Below the pieces are notes generated by a model. It did not search any database. It saw only the letters and a program-made list of their open reading frames with translations, and was not told where the DNA came from. From positions 1-64,000 of the forward strand of contig JBKAGE010000004.1 of the NCBI GenBank assembly GCA_046290225.1: a stretch of DNA of 64,000 nt. The letters run 5' to 3'. The position numbers were made by a program, and so were the translations under genes. Below are positions 1 to 10,300 of the stretch, piece after piece. How positions within the stretch are numbered: position 1 is the first letter of the stretch; each line of letters begins with the position of its first letter. The stretch comes from Bradymonadia bacterium. GTDB taxonomy: Bacteria > Myxococcota_A > Bradymonadia > UBA7976 > UBA1532.

Positions 1-885
1 CTGCTCGCCCAGCTGTGACAGCATCGACTGCGTAATCACCAGCTGACCCACCATGTTCATCAGCGTGTCGATCTTGTGCGTGTCCACCCGGATCGACCGT
101 GTGTCCACCGACATCTTCGCCGTGGACTTCGAGGCGGATGCGTCCTCAGGGCTCGCTTTACGCTCCGAGTGAGCCGCTGCAGGCTCCGAGCTCAAGGGGC
201 TCACCTCGAGCACACAGTCATCCTCTACCCAGTCGAAGATTTCTTTGATTTGTCGGGCTTCGAGTCCTTCGCCACCTTCAAGGCGGGCCCGCCAGCCGAG
301 ATGACACTCGTCCGGCTCCAGATCGCTCAGCGCAGGCAGGCGGCTGAAATCGACCTCCAGCTGCAGCTCGCCGAGCTGGCCCAGCTCCCTCAGGATGCGG
401 ACGGGATCATTGCCGGTTTTGAGCAGGTGGGGCAGGGGAAGGAAATCCACCGACCATGCCTTGCTCGCAGTGGCAGTCGCCGCAACTTCGGCGGGGGCGT
501 CCGAGCCGTCGAGCATGGCCTTGAGGCGCTCCACGAGCTGGACTTGGCCTTGAGCATCCGGGGACTCGCCCCCTTGGATGGCACCCATCAAGCCGCGGAG
601 CACGTCCACTGATTCCAGGAGCACGGTGATCGTGGCCGGCGTGACCGTACGCTGTCCTTCTCGAATCTGATCGAGCAGCGTCTCCATCTCGTGTGTGAGC
701 TCGGTGACGGCGTCGAAGCCGAAGGTGGCGCTTCCTCCCTTGAGCGAGTGCGCCGCCCGGAAGATGACATTGATCAGCTCCGGATCTGCGTTGCCTGCGT
801 CAAAGGCCAGCAGACCCGTCTCCATTTGGTCGAGGCCCTCACGGGACTCTTCGAAGAACGTGGCGAGGAAGCTGGACATATCCAT
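1..885 (-). CDS. cheA: Chemotaxis histidine kinase CheA, N-terminal part; runs off the window edge and is absent from the ORF track
   Basis: Manual minus-strand translation from ATG 885 shows the Hpt motif FRAAHSLKGGSATFG, a P2-like segment GNDPVRILREL...IFDWVEDDC, and the dimerisation start SIRVDTHKIDTLMNMVGQLVITQSML. Confidence 0.95.
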   Translation of the reverse strand, partial: MDMSSFLATFFEESREGLDQMETGLLAFDAGNADPELINVIFRAAHSLKGGSATFGFDAVTELTHEMETLLDQIREGQRTVTPATITVLLESVDVLRGLMGAIQGGESPDAQGQVQLVERLKAMLDGSDAPAEVAATATASKAWSVDFLPLPHLLKTGNDPVRILRELGQLGELQLEVDFSRLPALSDLEPDECHLGWRARLEGGEGLEARQIKEIFDWVEDDCVLEVSPLSSEPAAAHSERKASPEDASASKSTAKMSVDTRSIRVDTHKIDTLMNMVGQLVITQSMLSQLGEQ

Positions 886-894
886 CGGTGGACC

Positions 895-1257
895 TCAGCC
901 GAGCACGCGTCGAACGGTGGCGAGCAGCTGCTGAGGCTCGAAGGGCTTCACGATCCAACCGGTCGCCCCTGCGGCCTTGCCCTCCTGCTTCTTGGAGTGC
1001 CCCGACTCGGTGGTGAGCATGAGCATGGGGGTGTACTTGAAGCTCGGGTTGGCGCGGAGCACTCGAATCAGCGCAATGCCGTCCATACGAGGCATGTTCA
1101 CGTCGGTGATCACCAGGTTGAAGGGCTGCTTGGCGGCTTTCTCGACAGCTTCCTGGCCATCGACCGCTTCGACTACGGTGTAGCCAGCGCCAGAGAGGGT
1201 GAAGTTCACCAGCTGGCGCATGGTGGCGGAGTCATCAACTGCGAGAATGGTGGCCAT
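895..1257 (-). CDS. cheY: Chemotaxis response regulator CheY
   Basis: Single receiver domain: LAVDDS, ITDVNMP, LTTES, WIVKPF; directly upstream of cheA. Confidence 0.93.
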   Translation of the reverse strand: MATILAVDDSATMRQLVNFTLSGAGYTVVEAVDGQEAVEKAAKQPFNLVITDVNMPRMDGIALIRVLRANPSFKYTPMLMLTTESGHSKKQEGKAAGATGWIVKPFEPQQLLATVRRVLG

Positions 1258-1286
1258 GGGTCACTCCTGTGTCGGGTGCAGTGGAT

Positions 1287-1586
1287 TCAGTCAAGGTAGA
1301 GTTCAGTGGAGAGCGACAGTGTGCGGGCCGCTGCCACGAGCTGATCGGAGGGGGCGCGCCACGACCAGTCGAGCTGGCGACCGCGGGCATCCTGCGCAAA
1401 AGCCAGGAGCAGCTGAAGCCCTGCTGTATCGACGGTCTCGATGCCATCGCCTTCGAGGGTGACGGGCCCCGTCGCCTCCAACAGCTCGAGCAAACGAGCC
1501 TTCAGTCCTTCTGCCTCCTGGATGGTCAATCGGGCGCCGAGGCACACCGCCTCTGGTGCCTGCAATCGAGGGGCTGGCTGGCTCAT
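1287..1586 (-). CDS. STAS-domain protein of the chemotaxis operon
   Basis: LTIQEAEGLK...IETVDTAGLQLLLAF motif; STAS-cheY-cheA gene order. Confidence 0.85.
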   Translation of the reverse strand: MSQPAPRLQAPEAVCLGARLTIQEAEGLKARLLELLEATGPVTLEGDGIETVDTAGLQLLLAFAQDARGRQLDWSWRAPSDQLVAAARTLSLSTELYLD

Positions 1587-1673
1587 TCACACGCTCCTGG
1601 TTTGAATGTTTTCATATTCGGCTGCTGTGTTGTGTGCCTTGAGCACGAAGCGGGATTTTCGGTGGGGTTTTGC

Positions 1674-3182
1674 TCAGAGCCACAACTCGGCGTCGCCCAT
1701 CTCGTCGACCTGCTCTTCTGAGGTGGGGGTCGTCAGGTCGTCGGCGAGGCTGAGCGTGTCGAGATAGGCCTTGAAGGTCGGTCGCTCGCTGATGGGGCGG
1801 AGGAAGCGTGCGCCCATCTGGTCGCCGTTGAAGCGGACCACTTCGACCTGCTCTGAGCCGAGCCCATCGAAGTGCACCAACGTCGGCTGGTTCGCAGGCA
1901 GTCGCTGTGCCAGGGAGAAGCAGGCCCCCTCCTGTGAGAGGTTGAGCAGCAGGCCATCGCCTTCGACGCCCTCTGCAGTCACCCTCAAGGGAGGATGCGA
2001 GGTATAGCGAGGATGTATGCGCCGGTTGCCCAGGGCGCCCTCTCGCAGCTCGCGGAGGAAGGCGAGCACCACTTTGGTCAATTCTTGGCCTGTCGCTCTG
2101 AAGAGCGCCGAGGCCTTGAGGCTCTCCCCGGCATGATCGCCCGTGTTCAGGATCGCCTGGGCCATGCTCTGCAAGCTGTCGTCGATGATGTGAATATCGC
2201 GGCCGGTGGTGGCGACGAGGCTGTTGATGCGGTCTGTGGCTCTGGCCTGGTCGGCGACGGCGCTGGCGATGCTCACTGTGACCGTCTCGAACCCCTCGAC
2301 ACTGCTCTGAATGGCTTCGATGCCTCGAGTGACGGCCTGAACCTCGCTCTGAATCGCGTTGACCTGATCTGCAATGTTGTTGGTGGCATCGCCCGTCTTT
2401 TGCGCCAGGGCTCTGACCTGGTCGGCGACAACGGCAAACCCTCGGCCGGCCTCACCGGCTCTTTCTGCCTCGATGGCGGCATTGAGCGCCAGCAATCGAG
2501 TCTGGCGAGCGACATCGCGAATGAAGGAGACAACATCTCCAATCTCCGCAGCGGAGCTGGAGAGGGCTTGCATACGCTCTGCTGTGGCCTGGGCCGTGTG
2601 CACTGCATCATTGGCCTGCGCTTTGGTGTCCGCAGTCTGGTGCTCAATGTCGCCGACCGATGAGGACATCGCTGCAGTGAGCTTGCCCAGGGTCGTCATC
2701 ACCCGTTGTACTTTGGTGGAGAGATCCTGCGCCTCGGAGGTGCGCTCTGTGGTGACGCACATCGCCTGAAGGGTGCTGCTCGAGCCCAGCTCGACTTTCT
2801 CTGCCGACATCGAGACCTGTTGGAGCACCTGTATCACACGGGTCTCAAGACCAGAGCAGGCCTGGAGCAGCTCTTCGGTCTTGAGGGAGGTCATGTCCCC
2901 ATCGCCACGGCAGGTCTCAGGGAGAAGGTCGATCAGATCTACGACGTCACGGGCAGAGCCCGACGATGCGTCCGTCGGTGTGTCTTCTCCTGGTACAGCA
3001 GACTGAGGAGCGCGCCTTTGCATCAGGACCAGGGCGAGCACGCCGAGAGTCACGCCCAGCCCCACGGTGGCCCAGAGGTGCGCATCACCTGCGACAGACC
3101 AGCCCAGAGCGGTGAGCACCATCACCCAGGACCAGAGGCCAGGATGGGCAGCGGAGAATTTGCTCTGTTCTGATTTTGTCAT
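1674..3182 (-). CDS. Methyl-accepting chemotaxis protein with C-terminal PilZ domain
   Basis: Two N-terminal hydrophobic helices; hairpin [27 protein letters not shown]; PilZ motifs RRIHPR and NLSQEG. Confidence 0.9.
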   Translation of the reverse strand: MTKSEQSKFSAAHPGLWSWVMVLTALGWSVAGDAHLWATVGLGVTLGVLALVLMQRRAPQSAVPGEDTPTDASSGSARDVVDLIDLLPETCRGDGDMTSLKTEELLQACSGLETRVIQVLQQVSMSAEKVELGSSSTLQAMCVTTERTSEAQDLSTKVQRVMTTLGKLTAAMSSSVGDIEHQTADTKAQANDAVHTAQATAERMQALSSSAAEIGDVVSFIRDVARQTRLLALNAAIEAERAGEAGRGFAVVADQVRALAQKTGDATNNIADQVNAIQSEVQAVTRGIEAIQSSVEGFETVTVSIASAVADQARATDRINSLVATTGRDIHIIDDSLQSMAQAILNTGDHAGESLKASALFRATGQELTKVVLAFLRELREGALGNRRIHPRYTSHPPLRVTAEGVEGDGLLLNLSQEGACFSLAQRLPANQPTLVHFDGLGSEQVEVVRFNGDQMGARFLRPISERPTFKAYLDTLSLADDLTTPTSEEQVDEMGDAELWL

Positions 3183-3276
3183 ATTAGGTTACGTGATTGT
3201 TTCGGGTGCATACCTTCTCGGCAGATTCGACCTGAATGATTAGTGCCCGTGCGCCACGTGTGTCAGGGTTGCCTGC

Positions 3277-3948
3277 ATGAGTACCCACCCTTCTGATGAC
3301 ACTGTCGATCAGGCCTCTCTCTTCAGCAGCCCCGGGCCCCTGACCCGCGAGGAGGCCATGTCGCGTCTCGCACGCCTGGTGGGTCAGGACCTGCGTCCAC
3401 TCGCCGACGCCTATGGGGTGACCGTGTTTCGCGACGGGCGCCTGAACAAAGGTTGGGCGGGGCAGACACTCGAACGCTATCTGGGGATGGGGCCTGATGC
3501 TGCTCAGGCGCCGGACTTCGGTGATTGGGAGCTCAAGGCTGTGCCGTTGGTGCTCGGCCGCGATCTGATGCCGCGGCTGAAGGAGACCATGGCCATCACG
3601 ATGTTTGAGCCCGAGCATCTCGAACGATCAGAGTTCGAGGACAGCCACCTGCTGGCGAAGCTGAGTCGGATCGTGATCGTGGCCCGGCTCTACGAAGACG
3701 GCCAGAGCCGACGATCGATGGTGTACGGCTTTGCGCCCTTCGACCTCGAGTCTTCAGGGCTCTACGAGGCGATCAAGGCGGACTACGAAGAGATCAGGTG
3801 GACGGTGAGCAATCGGGGCCTGCACGCCCTCAATGGCTCGGTGGGGCAGTGGGTACATCCGCGACCCAAGGGGGGGAAGAACAGCCTGACCATGGGCTTC
3901 TACGCCCACAAGCACCTGGTCATGCGCATCCTCGGCTTCGGCGGTTGA
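3277..3948 (+). CDS. MutH/Sau3AI-family PD-(D/E)xK endonuclease
   Basis: NKGWAGQTLERYLG, PDF...ELKAVPL and KETMAITM match MutH-family motifs. Confidence 0.85.
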   Translation: MSTHPSDDTVDQASLFSSPGPLTREEAMSRLARLVGQDLRPLADAYGVTVFRDGRLNKGWAGQTLERYLGMGPDAAQAPDFGDWELKAVPLVLGRDLMPRLKETMAITMFEPEHLERSEFEDSHLLAKLSRIVIVARLYEDGQSRRSMVYGFAPFDLESSGLYEAIKADYEEIRWTVSNRGLHALNGSVGQWVHPRPKGGKNSLTMGFYAHKHLVMRILGFGG

Positions 3949-5266
3949 GTCGCAGACCCAGCATCGCCAGGCAGCCCAAGAACCAGGGGATGCCATGGGG
4001 CAGGGGACCACTGCGGGCGACGCATCCACCCCCAGACGATCTGTTGCCTTCGACCCCTGAGTCTTCTTCGAATATGCCCTGATCGGGCTGCGCCTCCATC
4101 GGTACGCCGGCGTCGGGATCGCCGCACGTGGCTTCGGGACCTTCACCAGGACAGAAAGCCGCGCAGGCTGTCGTTGCGGCGCTCTCCGGGGCGCAACCCC
4201 ATGTGGGGGTCACCGACTGAAAACGTTCGAGTGTGGGTTGCCAGGTGTCTCCAAAGTCACTCGAACTGCCGAGCACCCAGGGGCCCTGAAAGAAGACGTT
4301 GGAGCATGCCCACAGATCGCCAGCAGGGCCAGGCGTCAAGCATCCGAGGAAGGGGATCTCCTCGGGCGTCAGTGACCATGGGGCGTCAGGGGATTCTTGC
4401 CGCAACACGCCGGAGAACGGGACCGTCACTCGGACTGAGCCGGCTTCGTTTGTGGCCATGCCCCGAGGGTATTCATCGAGCTCTGTGGCCACGGACCAGG
4501 TGTCACCGCCATCTGCGCTGCTGAGCAGCAGAGAGGTGGGAAACCGTTGGACCACGGCATACACGCGATCTCGCTCAGCAGCGCTGGCGCCGATCAAGCT
4601 GAACTCGACGGGCAACACCTCAAGCTCCGAGGGCCCGAGAGCCATTGGGAGAAAGGTCCGGCCTCCGTCTTCACTGCGGGCGGCGCCCTCAGCGTGGGCG
4701 ACGTACATCAGATTCGGATCCACCGGGCTGCGGATCAGGCTGTAGACCCGACCCTCGATGTCCAGGCCCGCGCTGGACCAGGTCTGGCCGCCATCTTCAG
4801 TCCACCAGACATCATTTCGGGCCCCGAAGGTGGCTGTGGCCACGACAAACTCGGCCCCCTCGGGGCGCAGAATGGTCTCCGGCCTGGGTGAGATGCCGTG
4901 GGGGATGGCGCCGGCGAGCGGGCCCTCTGCTACAGAGAAGTTGCAACCGCCATCCTCGGTGAAGAACAGACCCAAATCGGTGGCAACCCACCAGCGCTTG
5001 GCCTCGACCCCCATGGGCAACACCGCCCGAAAGCCGGCGCCGGGCTCCACGGCGTCCTCGCACAGCCACCGGCTGCCGTTCGGACCCACGACGAAAAGCC
5101 CCTGATTGTCAGTGACCGCCCACGCCTCTCCAGGGAACTGAGGGGGGAAGCTGATCCCGGTGACCTGAGGGTTGCCACCGTGGCCCCAGCTCGAGGTCGC
5201 ACATAAAAGTGAGAGGCCGACGAGGGAGACGAGGCGACGTGGAGAACTGAGCTGGCATCGAAACAC
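3920..5266 (-). CDS. Secreted BNR/beta-propeller protein with MYXO-CTERM-like anchor
   Basis: Signal peptide; repeated Asp-boxes (TEDGG, SEDGGRTF, SADGGDTW, SDFGDTW); C-terminal GGGC + hydrophobic helix + Arg cluster. Confidence 0.8.
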   Translation of the reverse strand: MFRCQLSSPRRLVSLVGLSLLCATSSWGHGGNPQVTGISFPPQFPGEAWAVTDNQGLFVVGPNGSRWLCEDAVEPGAGFRAVLPMGVEAKRWWVATDLGLFFTEDGGCNFSVAEGPLAGAIPHGISPRPETILRPEGAEFVVATATFGARNDVWWTEDGGQTWSSAGLDIEGRVYSLIRSPVDPNLMYVAHAEGAARSEDGGRTFLPMALGPSELEVLPVEFSLIGASAAERDRVYAVVQRFPTSLLLSSADGGDTWSVATELDEYPRGMATNEAGSVRVTVPFSGVLRQESPDAPWSLTPEEIPFLGCLTPGPAGDLWACSNVFFQGPWVLGSSSDFGDTWQPTLERFQSVTPTWGCAPESAATTACAAFCPGEGPEATCGDPDAGVPMEAQPDQGIFEEDSGVEGNRSSGGGCVARSGPLPHGIPWFLGCLAMLGLRLNRRSRGCA

Positions 5267-5303
5267 TGGAAAAGGTTATCCGTAAGCAACTTGGAAATGG
5301 CCA

Positions 5304-5825
5304 ATGGCCCCAAGCTTGAAGCAGAGGACCCCCATGCAGTTCAAGTCTCTCGCGATGATGGTGATGATCTCCAGTGCACTTTTCGGGTGTGGGGACGACG
5401 AGAGTGGCGACAGCACCGAGATGCCCGTCGAGGGCGAGGCGCCGGCGAGCGAGGCGCCGGAGTTTGGTGACCACATCACCGCCGGGCTTCAGCTTGAGGG
5501 CAACAAAGGGCTGGTGGCCCTCACGTTGAACGAGACACTCTTCGAGCCCCCTCTCAGGGGCGACAACGTGTGGACGCTGTCGCTCACCGAGGCGGCCACG
5601 GGCTCAGCGCTCTCCGAGTGCATGATCGAGTTTGATCCGCGTATGCCGGCCCACGGTAACCACGGCACTTCGAAGCCCACCCTCGTGGAAGAGATGGGTG
5701 GTGGGGCCTACCAGATCAAAGACCTGTACTTGTTCATGCGGGGGCTGTGGGTGGTGCACACCTACATCGAGTGTGGCGAGGCCATCTCAGATCAGATCGA
5801 CATCGAGGTCTGGATCGAAGGCTGA
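5304..5825 (+). CDS. YtkA/FixH-like Ig-fold lipoprotein (start may be the downstream MQFKS Met)
   Basis: Lipobox LFGC; PRMPAHGNHG and LFMRGLW motifs. Confidence 0.75.
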   Translation: MAPSLKQRTPMQFKSLAMMVMISSALFGCGDDESGDSTEMPVEGEAPASEAPEFGDHITAGLQLEGNKGLVALTLNETLFEPPLRGDNVWTLSLTEAATGSALSECMIEFDPRMPAHGNHGTSKPTLVEEMGGGAYQIKDLYLFMRGLWVVHTYIECGEAISDQIDIEVWIEG

Positions 5826-5846
5826 GCCCTTCACACGCCAGAGCGC

Positions 5847-7277
5847 TCAGCGGTCTCCGGGATTGTCCGGCACACACAACATGGGTTGCCCAGTAGCCGG
5901 GGAGCGGCGCATCACGGCGCCCGCCTCGGCCCAGGTGAGCCGGCTGCCTTCCAGGGTGAAGGTGGGCATGGCCTCGATGATGGCGGGATCGAGATCTCCA
6001 CTGCGGACGAGATCTTCGAGGACCTCGATCCCGATGGGGCGCATCTTCACCACCATCTCGATGCGATCCGGGGTGCCGCCGAGCACGCGATAACGACGAA
6101 GAATATGGGTGTTGATGTACTCGGGCTCGATGGGGCTGAGTGCTGTGGGGGCAGGGAGCAGTTCGGGCTCGTGGCTGGCGATCTCCCAGAACATGTGGGC
6201 GGTCTCGCCCTCTGCGTCGAAGGTTCGATCTCGGAGCAACCACATGCTCTCGTCTTCGGCCTCAACGTATGCTGCGGGCGTTCCTTCGGCGGTATGGCCT
6301 GAGCGATACAGCACCTCGTCCCCCGCGTAGGCCGTGAGCTCCACCCACACCCGTCGATCGTGAGCGGCTCCGCTGGGGAAGCTGTGCCCAGCGGCGATGT
6401 TCTCGAGGTAGACCTCCACGTCGGCGCCGCCAGGGGCCGTGCGCACGCAGATCTCCGGGAGCAGTGAGTAGTCGAGCAGCTCCTGCACCATGGCCCGCTG
6501 AGCTTCCCGATCAGGCCAGGGGGTGAGGGCGACGTCTACGGCGGGCATGGCGTGATCATGGGTGGTGCGGATGGGGGCACCTTCCACCAGCGCTGCAGGG
6601 CTCTGACGTGATCCCATGTGGCACTGGCCGCAGCTGTTGGCTTGAGGATCACCCTCACGGGCATAGACTGTGCCCTGCCACTCTGCGTATGTGCGCTCCA
6701 AAGCTAGGCCGCTCTCCAGCACGATGTCGTGGCAGCTGCCACACATGGATGACGAGCTGTGGGCGTCGCGATCGTGCAGTGGGCTGTAGGCGCTCTCGTG
6801 GGCGTGGGTCTTTACGGGATCATCGATGCCGGCACGGAAGACGCCATCCGTGGCGAGGGTGAGCGGGTTGTTGTGGGTGCCGTTCACCTCCGCAACGCTG
6901 TGACAGTAGTAGCAGGTCACCCCTTTGCTATATGCCGGCAGCTCATCGAGGTTGAGGCCGTCTGTGGTGAGCCCTAACCGCACGGCCATGGGGGCATGAC
7001 AGTTCACACAGAAAGTGCCCAGGGCGCCATTCGTCTCTCGCTGTCCGCGGGCGTTCATGGCGGTGAAGACGGGATCTGCTGCAGCGTAGGCGTGCATGCT
7101 GCCCGACCACTCGCTGTACTGCTGGGGATGGCAGTCCTTGCACGCCTCGGGATCCATCAGGGCCTGCTCGGAGAGAGGCGCCGGGCCAGATGTGCTCTCT
7201 TCACAGCCGATGGCCACGAGCAAAAGCAACAAGAGCATCCAAGACGATTTCAAACCCATAAAATATAAAGCCTTCAT
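5847..7277 (-). CDS. Pentaheme c-type cytochrome lipoprotein (c554/c552-like N-terminus)
   Basis: Five CxxCH motifs (CKDCH, CVNCH, CYYCH, CGSCH, CGQCH), WSGSMHA, AGHSFPSG; lipobox AIGC; start moved to ATG 7277 to avoid overlap with the upstream gene. Confidence 0.88.
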   Translation of the reverse strand: MKALYFMGLKSSWMLLLLLLVAIGCEESTSGPAPLSEQALMDPEACKDCHPQQYSEWSGSMHAYAAADPVFTAMNARGQRETNGALGTFCVNCHAPMAVRLGLTTDGLNLDELPAYSKGVTCYYCHSVAEVNGTHNNPLTLATDGVFRAGIDDPVKTHAHESAYSPLHDRDAHSSSSMCGSCHDIVLESGLALERTYAEWQGTVYAREGDPQANSCGQCHMGSRQSPAALVEGAPIRTTHDHAMPAVDVALTPWPDREAQRAMVQELLDYSLLPEICVRTAPGGADVEVYLENIAAGHSFPSGAAHDRRVWVELTAYAGDEVLYRSGHTAEGTPAAYVEAEDESMWLLRDRTFDAEGETAHMFWEIASHEPELLPAPTALSPIEPEYINTHILRRYRVLGGTPDRIEMVVKMRPIGIEVLEDLVRSGDLDPAIIEAMPTFTLEGSRLTWAEAGAVMRRSPATGQPMLCVPDNPGDR

Positions 7278-7317
7278 GGAAGGGGCTGCTTGATTGAGAC
7301 GCCATGGTAGCGAGGGC

Positions 7318-10300
7318 TCAAGATGGCCTCCAGTGACCCCCACATGGGGTGCTGACTTCGAGGGTGTCTCCAGCCTCGGCGTAAAGGCTGATCTTCCCGG
7401 GCAGAATCTCAACAGAGCCATCTGCACGATGGAGGGCATTGCGACCGCGCTCTCCATGCGCCTCGAGGCCCACTGACCAGGGAGCGAGGGTGCGCCGCTC
7501 GGTCATGAGGGTGACTTCCACCGGCGTGAAGAACCGCCACGCCCTCACGATGCCCGTACCACCTGAGTGGCTGCCCTCAAGCACCTCGGGAAACGGGCGG
7601 CGGAGGGCGTAGCGCACAACTTGAACAGGAAAGGCGCGTTCCAGGGCCTCCACAGGGGTGTTCAGGGTGTTGGTCATGTGCGTGTGCACACCATGGGCGC
7701 CAGGCCCGGTTGGGCCACCGCCTGCACCGACGGCGAGGGTCTCGTAGTGCACGAAGCGCTGCCCTCCAGGGGTGCGCTCTCCGCCGAACAGCACGTTGTT
7801 CATCGAGCCACCAGAGGCGCCAGGGATCAGGTGGGGCATGCCCTGAGCGAGGGCGCCGAAGAGGGCGTCGACCAACCGCTGAGAGGTCTCTACGTTCCCC
7901 GCGGACACTGCAGCTGGAGGCTCAGCGTGAATCAGGGTACCTGGCCGGGTGTGGATGGTGATGGGGGCCATGAGGCCGCTGTTTGCCGGTAGATCACCGT
8001 GATCCTCCGACACAGCCCCTGCGAGGGCTCTGAAGACATAGAATACGGCACTCTCGGCGATGGCGCGCACCCCATTGAGGGGCCCTGGCACCACGGGGGC
8101 CGACGCCGTCAGATCTACTGTGGCCTGATCGCCCTCAAGCCGAATGGTTACGGGGATGGCGACGGGCTCGGTGCCTACACCATCGTCGTCGAGGTGGTCG
8201 GTGAAGCGCCATGTGCCGTCGGGCAGTGCATCGAGCACTGCCCGCATGCGCCGCTCTGCATAGTCGACGAGGCCATGATTCAGGCGCTCGACCTCCTCGG
8301 CGCCGAAGCGCGCGGCGAGGGCGAGCAATTGGCGCTCTCCCTGGCGGTTCGCGGCCTCCTGGGCATTGAGATCGCCTAAGCGCTCCGCAGGCGTCCTGCT
8401 GGCGTCGGCGAAACGGGCCCGAGCCTCAGCGTCGATGAGGGTGGGCCCGACGCAGAACCCCTCGTCTGCGAGGGTGAGGGATCGAACCGAGCCGTCCGGG
8501 CGTCGTGGGGCAGGCAGGCTGCCAGGGCTGATGCCTCCGACGTCCGCGTGATGGGCCCGGTTAGCGACGTAGAAGCTCGGCGCCTCGGCCCCAGGCAGAT
8601 ACACGGGGGCCACCACCGTGACATCTGGTAAGTGGGTGCCCCCAGCGTACGGATCATTGAGCATCACCTGAGAGCCTGGAGGCATGGGCACGCTGTCGAT
8701 GGCGGCTCTGACGCTCAGGGGGGTTGCGCCGAGATGCACGGGGATATGGGCGGCGTGGGCCACCATCTGACCTCGGGCGTCGAAGATCGCGCAGGAAAAA
8801 TCCCGTCGCTCCTTGATGTTGGCGGAGAACGCCGCCCGCATGAGCGTGGCGCCCATCTCTTCGGCGATGGCGCTGATCCGCTGTCGGTGGATCTCCAGTG
8901 CCAGGGCCATGGAGGCGGCCCGGTCGGCAGGTTTCGAGGCGTCTTTGAGCTGGGTACAGCGCCATCCGCCCTCTGACATGGGCACTGCCAACCATCCCTC
9001 GGGCAGCCAGAGCGTAGCGCTGTAGCTCGACAGCGCCCTCGGGCCCTGTACCGCCCGGTCGGGATCTGTCGTGTGCTGAGTGTGGGTGGCCGTCTCGGTC
9101 CGAGCAAAGACCCGCAGCGCCACCCATTCCACCTTGCGCTCCGGGCCGTGAGCGTGTCCGTACCGTTCGGTGTGCTGGTCGTCGAAAGCCTTCCGGAGTG
9201 ACTCGGGGGTCAGCGGATCTGGGCAAGAGATCGAGAGGGTGTACGTTTGCCCGGAGTAGCGACAGTCAGCGTAGGCTTCGATGACTGGTGCCTCGATCCG
9301 ATCTGGAGCGGCCATCTTCCGCAGGCGGGTCGAGGCCCTCTCAATCTGATCGCTGAGTTGCTGGGCCATGACCTCTGCAGACCATGCCGTCTCCATGGAG
9401 AAGAGGCTCACTGTGGATGCGGCACCCAAAGGCGCATCCACGATGCCCTCTGCGGAGAGGACACCTGGATCGCTGGGGAAGATCACCTCCGGGCAACCGA
9501 GTGCCTCCGCGAGGGCGCAAGCGTGCAAGCCGCCAGCGCCGCCAAAGGCCACAAGGCTCAGAGCACGCGGATCGTGGCCTTGAGCAAGGCTCACCGACTT
9601 GCACGCCCGGGCCATGGTGGCCTCGGCGATGGCGAGTATGGCCTGGGCGGTGTCTTCGAGGGAGGCATTCAGGTGCGCAGCGAGGCTGCCCACTGCCGAT
9701 CGGGCTGCCTCGACATCGAGGGCCATGGCGCCACCGAGCAGATGGGGCAGGCGCCCGAGCACCACATGGGCGTCGGTCACCGTGGCCTCAGTGCCACCGC
9801 GGCCATAGCACGCAGGCCCTGGCACTGCCCCGGCAGAGCGCGGCCCCACACGGAGCACGCCCCCAGCGTCGACGAACGCGATGGAGCCTCCACCTGCGCC
9901 CACGGTCTCGATGGGCAGCAGCGGCACTCTCAGAGGGTGGCCGCCGAGATCACCGTCGTCCGTGGGCGCGAGGGTGCCCACCATGACCGAGACGTCTGTG
10001 CTGGTGCCCCCCATGTCCAAGGCGAGCAGTTGCTGTCGACCACTGGCGAGGCCAACGTGCCAGGCGCCACGCACACCACCTGCGGGACCGCTGAGGACCG
10101 TGTGCACTGGGGCCTCCGCGGCGGCCCTCGCCGACATCAAGCCGCCATCCGAGCCCATGACGCGTAGGGGGGCCGGATGGACGGCAACTTCCAGCGTGTC
10201 GAGGTAGCGGGCCATGATCGGCGCGAGGCTCGCGTTCACCACCACTGTGCTGGCCCGCTCGTACTCCCGAAAGACCGGGGCGAGCTGATGACTGACCGTG

